A stretch of DNA of 64,000 nucleotides from a virus, in the IMG/VR virus record IMGVR_UViG_3300032323_002909, positions 64,001 through 128,000 of that record; one strand, 5' to 3'. The notes under the pieces are model-generated. The model was not told where the DNA came from and made no database searches. It saw only the letters and a list, made by a program, of their open reading frames with translations. Below, piece after piece: positions 18,828 through 26,553 of this stretch. A program made the position numbers and the translations under genes. Position 1 is the stretch's first letter, and each line of letters opens with the position of its first letter.

Positions 18828-20233
18828 TAACATTGGATTACAAAACTTCTCGACGTATGGGTCAAGTTATTGCTGATAGTGATACTCTTGGTCTGATACG
18901 TAATCATTTTTCGGTTAAAAATGAAGGTGCAGTATTTGCCAAACGTAAGGGTCAGAGATTTGTAAAAGACAGGAAGTATGTAATAACACCAACTGGACTT
19001 TTTGATTTTGGTTTTTATGGTGAAATTATGAAATACCTTAGAGACCATCAGATAAGTGACATTCAAATGACAGATGACTTTAAAAAAAGATTAATCTGTG
19101 GAAAGAAAGTCCAATTTTGGGATGAACTTAAATACAATGCTCGATACTATCAAAAAGATTCTATTTTAGATGGTCTGAAAAGAGGGTATGGTATTTTTTT
19201 ACTCGCTACAGGTGCTGGAAAATCGTTAGCACAAGCACTCTTAATTGAAAATTACTTAAGAAATTTTGATCGTCCCAACTTTAAATGTTTGGTAATTGTG
19301 CCAGGTTTATCATTGGTGGAACAATTGCAAAAAGACTTTAAAGAATATGGTGTAACATTTACGTATTCTGGATGGACAGGCGACAACCCTTTGCAAGATA
19401 CACAAGTTGTTATTTGCAATACACAGAATTTAAATAGTAAATTTTTGGAAAATGATTGGTTGATCAATGTTGATCTTTTACTTACGGATGAAGCACACGG
19501 TGTTAATAGTGATTCCAATCTTTCTAAAATTATTAACAAAATTCATACCCCAAACAAATTTGGATTTACGGGTACTTTATCCGATAAACTGATAGATAAA
19601 TGGAAAACTATAGGTATATTTGGACCTGTTATTTATGAAAAATCCTCCAAGGAGTTAAGAGATGAGAAATTTTTATCAAATGTTGAGGTTAATGTTATTA
19701 AATTGATACACCAAACATCTTATAAATTTAAATATAAGCAAGAATTAGAATATTTGTATGAAAGCGAAAAACGTAATAACCTTATTGCCAAACTGGTTGA
19801 TAAACTGGATAATAACATCCTTATCATGGTTAATCATCTCGACCATGGTGATAACATACTATCTGTTCTATCTGATAGATTTTGTGGACGTGTATTTTTT
19901 GTCAAAGGTGAAATGGCGGTCGAAGAAAGACTAAAAATCATACAGATGATGGAAGATAGAAATGATATAATTTGTATCGCAATGTCTTCTATATTTTCTA
20001 CGGGTATCAACATTAAAAATCTCCCCAATATTTTATTTGTGGGACTTGGCAAAAGTTATATCAGAGTAGTGCAATCAATAGGTAGAGGTCTTCGATTGCA
20101 TGAAAATAAACATAAACTTAGAATTTTTGATGTTTGTGACAATACCAAATACTCAACATCTCATGCTGAATATCGTCAAAATATTTACAATGATGAAGAA
20201 ATCCAATGGAAAGAAAAGACAATTAATTTATGA
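18824..20233 (+). CDS. uvsW: UvsW SF2 DNA helicase
   Basis: ATGAGKS, DEAH, GFTGT, STGINIKNL, QSIGRGLR. Confidence 0.95.
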   Translation: MITLDYKTSRRMGQVIADSDTLGLIRNHFSVKNEGAVFAKRKGQRFVKDRKYVITPTGLFDFGFYGEIMKYLRDHQISDIQMTDDFKKRLICGKKVQFWDELKYNARYYQKDSILDGLKRGYGIFLLATGAGKSLAQALLIENYLRNFDRPNFKCLVIVPGLSLVEQLQKDFKEYGVTFTYSGWTGDNPLQDTQVVICNTQNLNSKFLENDWLINVDLLLTDEAHGVNSDSNLSKIINKIHTPNKFGFTGTLSDKLIDKWKTIGIFGPVIYEKSSKELRDEKFLSNVEVNVIKLIHQTSYKFKYKQELEYLYESEKRNNLIAKLVDKLDNNILIMVNHLDHGDNILSVLSDRFCGRVFFVKGEMAVEERLKIIQMMEDRNDIICIAMSSIFSTGINIKNLPNILFVGLGKSYIRVVQSIGRGLRLHENKHKLRIFDVCDNTKYSTSHAEYRQNIYNDEEIQWKEKTINL

Positions 20234-20676
20234 ATAAAGAATTGAAAGAGCGTTATTATGTGAACTCCAAAGAGTTTCGAAGACTATTAACTGAGTATTA
20301 CGGTAATAATAAAATGACAAACGAATTAGCGATGAATATCGTCAAAATCGCTGAAGGTTTATCGTATAATCATCGTTTTATTAGATATTCTAAAAGTTGG
20401 AAAGAAGAAATGGTTGGTGATGCAATAGTTAAAATGTATCATGCTTTAGAGAAAAAGTTATATAATATCGAATCCGATTTCAACCCATTCTCATATTTTA
20501 ATAGAATAGCATGGAACGCATTCACTAATAGAATCAACAAAGAGAAAGGTCAGCATGAAGGTTTGAATGAATATAGGGACATAGTTTACATGGAAAACAT
20601 GTCTGGTCCCGATTCTATGGGTCATGTTTATGTCAAACCAGTAGTGGAGGGTGATGAATATGACGATGAATTTTGA
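20230..20676 (+). CDS. 55: late-transcription sigma factor gp55
   Basis: YYVNSKEF, IAEGLS..F, NPFSYF..IAWNAF. Confidence 0.9.
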   Translation: MNKELKERYYVNSKEFRRLLTEYYGNNKMTNELAMNIVKIAEGLSYNHRFIRYSKSWKEEMVGDAIVKMYHALEKKLYNIESDFNPFSYFNRIAWNAFTNRINKEKGQHEGLNEYRDIVYMENMSGPDSMGHVYVKPVVEGDEYDDEF

Positions 20677-20821
20677 GCATATAGTAATTTCTATAGCAGC
20701 GGTATTGTATTTTACAGTTGGTGTGGTATACTGCCTCAAACAACAATGGGCATGGGGACTCACATGGTTCTGTTATGCGTTCGCCAATGTTGGTTTAATC
20801 TTAGCATCTAAGCACATTTAA
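20660..20821 (+). CDS. 53-aa membrane protein (below the ORF-track cutoff)
   Basis: MTMNFEHIVISIAAVLYFTVGVVYCLKQQWAWGLTWFCYAFANVGLILASKHI; two hydrophobic segments; fills the gap between 55 and 47. Confidence 0.65.
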   Translation: MTMNFEHIVISIAAVLYFTVGVVYCLKQQWAWGLTWFCYAFANVGLILASKHI

Positions 20822-20864
20822 TTGAATGTGCTAAAACAATAAAATGTAAATCTTCGCATAACAC

Positions 20865-21884
20865 ATGATAAAAAAAACAAATATTGCAATATTCTCAGAC
20901 CTTCATCTAGGACTGTATGGTAACTCCTCTGATTGGCACACGGTTGCACTTGATTGGGCAGACTGGATTGTATCCGATTTGAAAAAAAGAAAAATACAAG
21001 ATATATTTTTTCTTGGTGACTTTTTCCACAATCGAAGCGAAATCTCGGTTCAAACTATTCATGTTGCATCCGAATTAATTTTGAAATTTAAAGATTTCAA
21101 TATGTTTATGATTGTGGGCAATCACGATGCATATTACAAAAATCGTTCTGATGTGCATAGTTTAGGTTTTCTAAAAGGACATGACAACATCACAATCGTT
21201 GATCAAAATCTGACAGTCGATGCATTTGGTAAAAAATTATTGTTTGTTCCTTGGAATCACGAATTACCAGATGGTAAATTTGATTATATTTTTGGGCATT
21301 TTGAAATTCAAACATTTAAAATGAATAATTTCAAAGTATGTGATCACGGTTTGCAAGTTATAGATTTATTAGGTGCTAGAACCAATACTGTATTTTCGGG
21401 ACACTTTCATCTTAAAAGCACTAAGAAATATAATGAGGGTTGTATTCATTATGTAGGTAATACATTTCATCATGATTTCAATGATTCTGGTGATGCCAAA
21501 GGGTATCATGTTTTAAACTTAGAGTCTGGTGATTTAGAATTTGTCGAGAACACTATATCCCCACGGTTTGTCAAAATCTTATTATCTAAAATTAAAAATT
21601 GCAAAGCCGAAGATGTCAAAGGCAACATTGTCAAACTAATCATTGACAAAGATGTTGATGATGATAAAGTAAACAAATTCAAAATTTATCTAAGCAATTT
21701 TGCACCGTTTCGCCTAACTGTCGAATACAACGTGACGACGAAAACAATTGGTGATGTTGAACATATTGATTCTATCGATATTATTGGAATGTTTGATGAA
21801 TTTTACGAACAGCTATCACTCGATGCTGATAAATTAGAGAGAGTTAAAAAAATAAACGACGAACTATACGAAAAGTGTAAATGA
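20865..21884 (+). CDS. 47: recombination endonuclease gp47 (Mre11/SbcD-like)
   Basis: SDLHLG, LGDFFH, GNHD, GHFE, SGHFH. Confidence 0.95.
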   Translation: MIKKTNIAIFSDLHLGLYGNSSDWHTVALDWADWIVSDLKKRKIQDIFFLGDFFHNRSEISVQTIHVASELILKFKDFNMFMIVGNHDAYYKNRSDVHSLGFLKGHDNITIVDQNLTVDAFGKKLLFVPWNHELPDGKFDYIFGHFEIQTFKMNNFKVCDHGLQVIDLLGARTNTVFSGHFHLKSTKKYNEGCIHYVGNTFHHDFNDSGDAKGYHVLNLESGDLEFVENTISPRFVKILLSKIKNCKAEDVKGNIVKLIIDKDVDDDKVNKFKIYLSNFAPFRLTVEYNVTTKTIGDVEHIDSIDIIGMFDEFYEQLSLDADKLERVKKINDELYEKCK

Positions 21885-23668
21885 AAAGTATTAATTTTAA
21901 AACATTAAAAGGTCAGAATTTCCTCAGTATCGGTAACGATCAAATTAATATTGATTTCCAATCAGGATTTAATCTGATTACTGGTAAAAATATCGATAAT
22001 CCTGATAGAGTTAACGGTATTGGAAAATCTAGTATAGCTGAATTGTTTTACTATGCTCTGTTTGGCAAAACAATCCGTGAATTAAAAAAAGAATTTATTA
22101 TTAATAATGTCACTAAAGGTAAAGGTGCTATAGAACTCACGTTTGATGTAAAAACTGAAAACGATGTTCAATCATATACTATAAAACGTCAGGTAAAACC
22201 TAGTTCAGTGACCTTGCTACAAGGTGACGTAGACATTACAAAAGATTCTATCACCAACACTGATAAGTTCATATGTGATTTAATAGACTCTAATGCTATC
22301 ATTTCCCGTAGTTGCGATATATTATCACTATCCGATAACATTCCTTTCATGGCTAAAAAACCAGAGGAGAAGAGAAAATTTATCAATGATATTTTCTCTC
22401 TGGAAATCTTTGGTAAAATGAGTAATGAACTTAAAAATCTTATACGAGACAATAAGAATGATACCAATGTTTCTAGTGCCAAATTGGAGGAAATCAACAA
22501 TACATTGGATACTCTAAATGATCAACAAGCAGATTATGAGAAAAAATTAGCTGAAAGAGAACAACTTCTTGAACAAAAAAGAAATGATATTACTGATAAA
22601 ATTAAAGATATCACGAAATCTATTTCTGCTATAGAAATTTTAGATGTTTCTGAGATATCAATCGAACAAGACAAATATCACGAAGCATGGGTAAAATTAG
22701 ATGGTAAAATTGGACAAGTTAATCACGAGTTATCCACTAAAGAGACGTTACGCCGTTTAAAAATCAATCAAATAAATTCTGTATCATCTGTCGATACTAC
22801 TGTTCAATGTGACAAGTGTTTACAGGATGTGCCTCATACACATATTGATCATTTGGAAAAACTTAAAGCTCAATATATCGAAGAACGAGATGCTATAGAT
22901 AAAGAAATTGAACGGTTGAATAATGAGAAGCAACAATATCATGATAAAAAGAGACGTATTCAAAATAAAGTCGCCGAATTGCAAGAACAAATCAATACTT
23001 CTAAGTTGAATCGTCAAAAATTGGAAGCTTTTCAAAGACAAATAGAACAATATCAAGAGTCATTGGATAATTTAAAATTGGAAGAATTACCTAAGCCAAA
23101 TTTTGAAGAAAGTATTAATAATACTGAAAAACGTAAACTGGTAGAGAGTGAAAATCTTAAATTATTGAAGCAAAAAGCTCAGGATTATGATGTTTGTAAA
23201 TTTGTTCTTAGTGAAGAAGGTGTGAGAAGTTTTGTCGTTAAGCGTTTATTATCGATGATGAACGCTAGTATTCAACAATATATAAATGATTTGGGTATGA
23301 GCATTCGTTGTAAATTCAATGAATACTTCGATGAACAATTGTCAAACGATAAAGGAATCGAGATATCATATTGGAATCTAAGTGGTGGTGAAAGACGAAC
23401 TGTCGATCTGGCATGTGCTTGGGCATTCAAAGATTTGAAGCGTAAAATTTCTGGTGTAACATCAAATGTTGAATTTTTTGATGAATATCTCGACTCAACA
23501 CTCGATTCTACTGGTATAGATAAATTAATCGAGCAAATTAAGTGTCGAATCGACAAATATAACTTGTCAGTATATGTCATATCACACCGTGTGGAGACTA
23601 ACAAACACGTCACAGGAGAAGTGGTCGAATTAATTAAAGAAAATGGTATAACCAAACGAGTATCTTGA
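21881..23668 (+). CDS. 46: recombination ATPase gp46 (Rad50/SbcC-like)
   Basis: NFLSIG, NGIGKS, coiled coil with CDKC zinc hook, LSGGE, FFDE, ISH. Confidence 0.95.
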   Translation: MKSINFKTLKGQNFLSIGNDQINIDFQSGFNLITGKNIDNPDRVNGIGKSSIAELFYYALFGKTIRELKKEFIINNVTKGKGAIELTFDVKTENDVQSYTIKRQVKPSSVTLLQGDVDITKDSITNTDKFICDLIDSNAIISRSCDILSLSDNIPFMAKKPEEKRKFINDIFSLEIFGKMSNELKNLIRDNKNDTNVSSAKLEEINNTLDTLNDQQADYEKKLAEREQLLEQKRNDITDKIKDITKSISAIEILDVSEISIEQDKYHEAWVKLDGKIGQVNHELSTKETLRRLKINQINSVSSVDTTVQCDKCLQDVPHTHIDHLEKLKAQYIEERDAIDKEIERLNNEKQQYHDKKRRIQNKVAELQEQINTSKLNRQKLEAFQRQIEQYQESLDNLKLEELPKPNFEESINNTEKRKLVESENLKLLKQKAQDYDVCKFVLSEEGVRSFVVKRLLSMMNASIQQYINDLGMSIRCKFNEYFDEQLSNDKGIEISYWNLSGGERRTVDLACAWAFKDLKRKISGVTSNVEFFDEYLDSTLDSTGIDKLIEQIKCRIDKYNLSVYVISHRVETNKHVTGEVVELIKENGITKRVS

Positions 23669-23697
23669 CAAAATAGATTGTGGAAATAGATAATATC

Positions 23698-24903
23698 ATG
23701 TTTCCACAATCTCCCTTTGCTGCATCTCCGTTTGTATCGCCCTTTCCTCAAAATATAATGATAGGTAAACCACCTGTTGAAAAAATTGAGAAACGCCATT
23801 CTTATTTAAATTTTTTAGCTGATCGACAAGGATGTGGACAATGGCGAATTGGGTGGGCAGAGAACCATATTAATATGTCAAATATGGGTGAATCAACATC
23901 CGTGACGAAAATGATTTTTGATAAAGGTTGGTATCGTGACATCACAACCGTTAAATTACAACGTCAAGCATCGACAATGCAAAAAGAATTTTTTCAATTT
24001 CTTAAAAGCATCCAAGAAGAAATGGGTTTCAAAATAATCTACGAAGTTGACGATGTTGTTTTTTATGAAGAAATTCCCGATTATAATATCTTCAAAGAAT
24101 CATTTGCTAATGACGAGATAAGACAAAATTGCGTGGATATGGTTAGAATGGCTGATGAGGTCACTGTTACATGCAAATATATGCGAGACCTGTTTATCGA
24201 GAAAACAGGACAGTTTAACATTTCAGCGGTTCCGAATTTCCCACCTGAGTGGTGGATAGGTCATCAATATGATTATAATCAGATTATTCATAATCATACT
24301 AAGCATAAAAATCGTCCAAGAATTTTGTATTCTGGTTCAGGTGCTCATTTTGATGTTAAAAATAATACAAATCAACAAGATGATTTTTCCCATGTGTTGA
24401 AATTTATAATAGATAATCGATACAAATATCAATTTATTTTCATTGGTTCTTACCCACCACCATTACATAAATATATTGAAAATAAAGAAATTGAATTTTA
24501 TCAGTGGCAAACTTTAATGAATTACCCTAAATTTATTTCATCTTTGAATGTTCAAATGTTATTAGCACCTTTAATGGATATACCATTCAACAGATCAAAA
24601 TCTGATATCAAATATATTGAAGGAGCATGTCTCGGTATTCCTTGTATGTGTCAAGACATGGTAACATATCAAGATACTCCAGATTTCCTTAAATTTAAGG
24701 ATTTTGAAGACTTGGCAATAAAGACTGAATATCTTTTAAATTGGAAGAATGATAAAAAATATTATCAACTTGTGAAACAATTAAGAAAATTAGGAGAAAC
24801 TAGATTTTTAGAAAGACCTGAAAATATAGGAGCTTTTATTGAAGCAATGAATACACCATTTGGCGACCCTAGTAGAAAATATTTGAGACCTTGGAATGAT
24901 TAA
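23698..24903 (+). CDS. GT-B fold glycosyltransferase
   Basis: GCGQWR, LQRQ, YEVDD, LAPL..FNRSKSDIKYIE. Confidence 0.8.
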   Translation: MFPQSPFAASPFVSPFPQNIMIGKPPVEKIEKRHSYLNFLADRQGCGQWRIGWAENHINMSNMGESTSVTKMIFDKGWYRDITTVKLQRQASTMQKEFFQFLKSIQEEMGFKIIYEVDDVVFYEEIPDYNIFKESFANDEIRQNCVDMVRMADEVTVTCKYMRDLFIEKTGQFNISAVPNFPPEWWIGHQYDYNQIIHNHTKHKNRPRILYSGSGAHFDVKNNTNQQDDFSHVLKFIIDNRYKYQFIFIGSYPPPLHKYIENKEIEFYQWQTLMNYPKFISSLNVQMLLAPLMDIPFNRSKSDIKYIEGACLGIPCMCQDMVTYQDTPDFLKFKDFEDLAIKTEYLLNWKNDKKYYQLVKQLRKLGETRFLERPENIGAFIEAMNTPFGDPSRKYLRPWND

Positions 24904-25190
24904 TCTTTAGTATCTCTAGTGAACTCGGAATATTGAGCTAGAGTTGGTCGAAGGCGTTCAAACATAGCTTTTAAATTGTCATACGGTGTCTTATTCGAAG
25001 GATTATTGAAAAATCTCTCTCTGTTGTTTTGATAATAAGCTATTGTCCCTTTTAAATATGTTTCAATAGCTGCTGAAATTTTATGCATTTCAGCTATCAT
25101 CCCTTCGGTCAAAGCGTCATAATTATCATATGATGATTGAAAATCTAAACTTTCATAAATCTTGCTCAAGTCTTCAAAATACTTATCCAT
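24900..25190 (-). CDS. late protein, putative internal head protein
   Basis: TAAATA 5 nt upstream; DLSKIYES N-terminus. Confidence 0.6.
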   Translation of the reverse strand: MDKYFEDLSKIYESLDFQSSYDNYDALTEGMIAEMHKISAAIETYLKGTIAYYQNNRERFFNNPSNKTPYDNLKAMFERLRPTLAQYSEFTRDTKD

Positions 25191-25258
25191 GATATTATTT
25201 ATCTTACATGATGACTTTTAAATAAAAATGATTTCTATTAAATACTAAATATATATAA

Positions 25259-25903
25259 ATGAGAAGTAGCGATTATTTTTTAGAAATTTCAAATATTTAT
25301 TCGAGGATCATAAATGAATCCCCTGATAATATTACAATTATTGACGATAATGGTGATCATAAAAATATATCGTATTATAACACACCAGATGCCTACACTG
25401 GTCTTATCGGTAGTGATGGTGAATATGTCTTGTCGAAAGATATTATAGGTCATAGTAATTTAATCGATCATATTTTACATCATGGAGAAGATATTATTCA
25501 AAAGTTAATAACCAATCTTGATGATATATATGATTTGCAAAGATTGGTTAGAGAAAGAATAAAAATAAGAATTTGGAAAAATCAAAAAGTTTTTAGTATG
25601 TGGGATTATTACAAGCCTTCATACGAAACTGCCATCAAAAATTCCTTAAAAGCTATAGGTCAAAATTATAAACAATATAGATATGATAATGAATACAAAG
25701 ATTATAATGACATGCCTTTATACGATACTTTTTTCGTAAATAGTTTAACGGATGAACAAAAAGAAGAGAACACGATGGCAGCAATGAAAAAAATTGAAGC
25801 AGAAAGAGCTTTAATGGATAAAATAGCTGGCGCTAGACAAAGACCATCGAATGGTGAAACGCCTTACAGAAAACCTTCTTGGATGAATAGAGAAGGGGAT
25901 TAA
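25259..25903 (+). CDS. late protein, putative internal head protein
   Basis: TAAATA 7 nt upstream; EISNIYSRIINE-S N-terminus. Confidence 0.65.
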   Translation: MRSSDYFLEISNIYSRIINESPDNITIIDDNGDHKNISYYNTPDAYTGLIGSDGEYVLSKDIIGHSNLIDHILHHGEDIIQKLITNLDDIYDLQRLVRERIKIRIWKNQKVFSMWDYYKPSYETAIKNSLKAIGQNYKQYRYDNEYKDYNDMPLYDTFFVNSLTDEQKEENTMAAMKKIEAERALMDKIAGARQRPSNGETPYRKPSWMNREGD

Positions 25904-25962
25904 TATTAGCAATCTTTGTGTTTATAGCTTGCTATTTGAAATAAGGGTGATAAATAAACAAC

Positions 25963-26244
25963 ATGTCTAATAATATCCAAAACAACGATAAGCACATCCA
26001 CGGTGATGTGCAAGCCACTAATGTAACAGAAGCGACTACGCCGTTGGATGATGCGTCTTGTTGTGCTTCGGATTTTCAAGCTAGAAAGGATGCTGTATGC
26101 CGAGAATTGGTCGAACATCTAAGAAACATTCCGAGACAACAACCAGTAGGTGAAGAAATCCAAACCGTCTGGACACCATTTGTGGAGAAATTCAAAGAAA
26201 TAGGGAAACGATTCGATGAATCATTCAGAGGAATCTCCCAATGA
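25963..26244 (+). CDS. hypothetical protein whose N-terminus is encoded across an attC-like site
   Basis: TAAATA 6 nt upstream; the frame reads through repeat copy 1 (NNDKHIHG...PLDDASC). Confidence 0.5.
   Translation: MSNNIQNNDKHIHGDVQATNVTEATTPLDDASCCASDFQARKDAVCRELVEHLRNIPRQQPVGEEIQTVWTPFVEKFKEIGKRFDESFRGISQ
25980..26066 (-). repeat. attC-like site, copy 1 (87 bp)
   Basis: Minus strand: GCACAAC-AAGAC-GCATCATCCAACGG...CCGTGGATGTGC-TTATC-GTTGTTT. Confidence 0.7.
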
Positions 26245-26444
26245 CATCGACAATTCCAATATAATTTCTTCAATTTTTTGTTTGATCTTCTCCTTAATAT
26301 GATCAGGAACTTCCGCACTATTCAACTTTTCGGTTAAAGTATCGATTTGTTTGATTGTTCTTTCGTAATTTGCCATACGCTTGTTATTTGCGCTCGCGAT
26401 GATAAATCATAACGGAGGAGTGTCTAGGGGATTATTTGGCACAA
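25986..26444 (-). mobile_element. putative 459-bp integron-type gene cassette
   Basis: Bounded by two attC-like sites 459 bp apart; the cassette-start R' GTTGTGC is the exact reverse complement of the cassette-end R'' GCACAAC. Confidence 0.65.
26221..26376 (-). CDS. 51-aa helical protein inside the cassette (not in the ORF track)
   Basis: MANYERTIKQIDTLTEKLNSAEVPDHIKEKIKQKIEEIILELSMSLGDSSE; upstream TAGACA-N16-TATCAT at 26426-26399. Confidence 0.6.
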   Translation of the reverse strand: MANYERTIKQIDTLTEKLNSAEVPDHIKEKIKQKIEEIILELSMSLGDSSE

Positions 26445-26525
26445 CGATAAGCACATCCACGGTGATGTGCAAGACCCAAATGTGACAGAAGCGACTACAC
26501 CGTTGGATGATGCGGCTTGTTGACA
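26439..26525 (-). repeat. attC-like site, copy 2 (87 bp)
   Basis: Minus strand: TGTCAAC-AAGCC-GCATCATCCAACGG...CCGTGGATGTGC-TTATC-GTTGTGC; 6 mismatches to copy 1 over the 79-bp AAC..GTT core. Confidence 0.7.
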
Positions 26526-26547
26526 TTCATGATGTTTGTGTTATACT
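26520..26547 (+). promoter_or_regulatory. sigma70-type promoter of the DNA polymerase gene
   Basis: TTGACA-N16-TATACT, 6 nt before the ATG at 26554. Confidence 0.75.
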
Positions 26548-26553
26548 CGATCC

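Noticed and set aside
26076-26318. 80-aa minus-strand ORF as the cassette gene
   Set aside because: Non-ATG start and implausible composition; the 51-aa ORF at 26221-26376 has an ATG and an upstream promoter
25980-26525. DGR template/variable repeat pair, prompted by the Mtd-N-like fibre genes
   Set aside because: Mismatches (C/A, A/C, T/A, A/G, G/A, T/G) are not adenine-specific on either strand, no reverse transcriptase is in the window, and neither copy is in a fibre C-terminus
25980-26525. Mini-CRISPR or IS target-site duplication
   Set aside because: Repeats of 87 bp with a 372-bp interval are too long, and no transposase or cas gene is present
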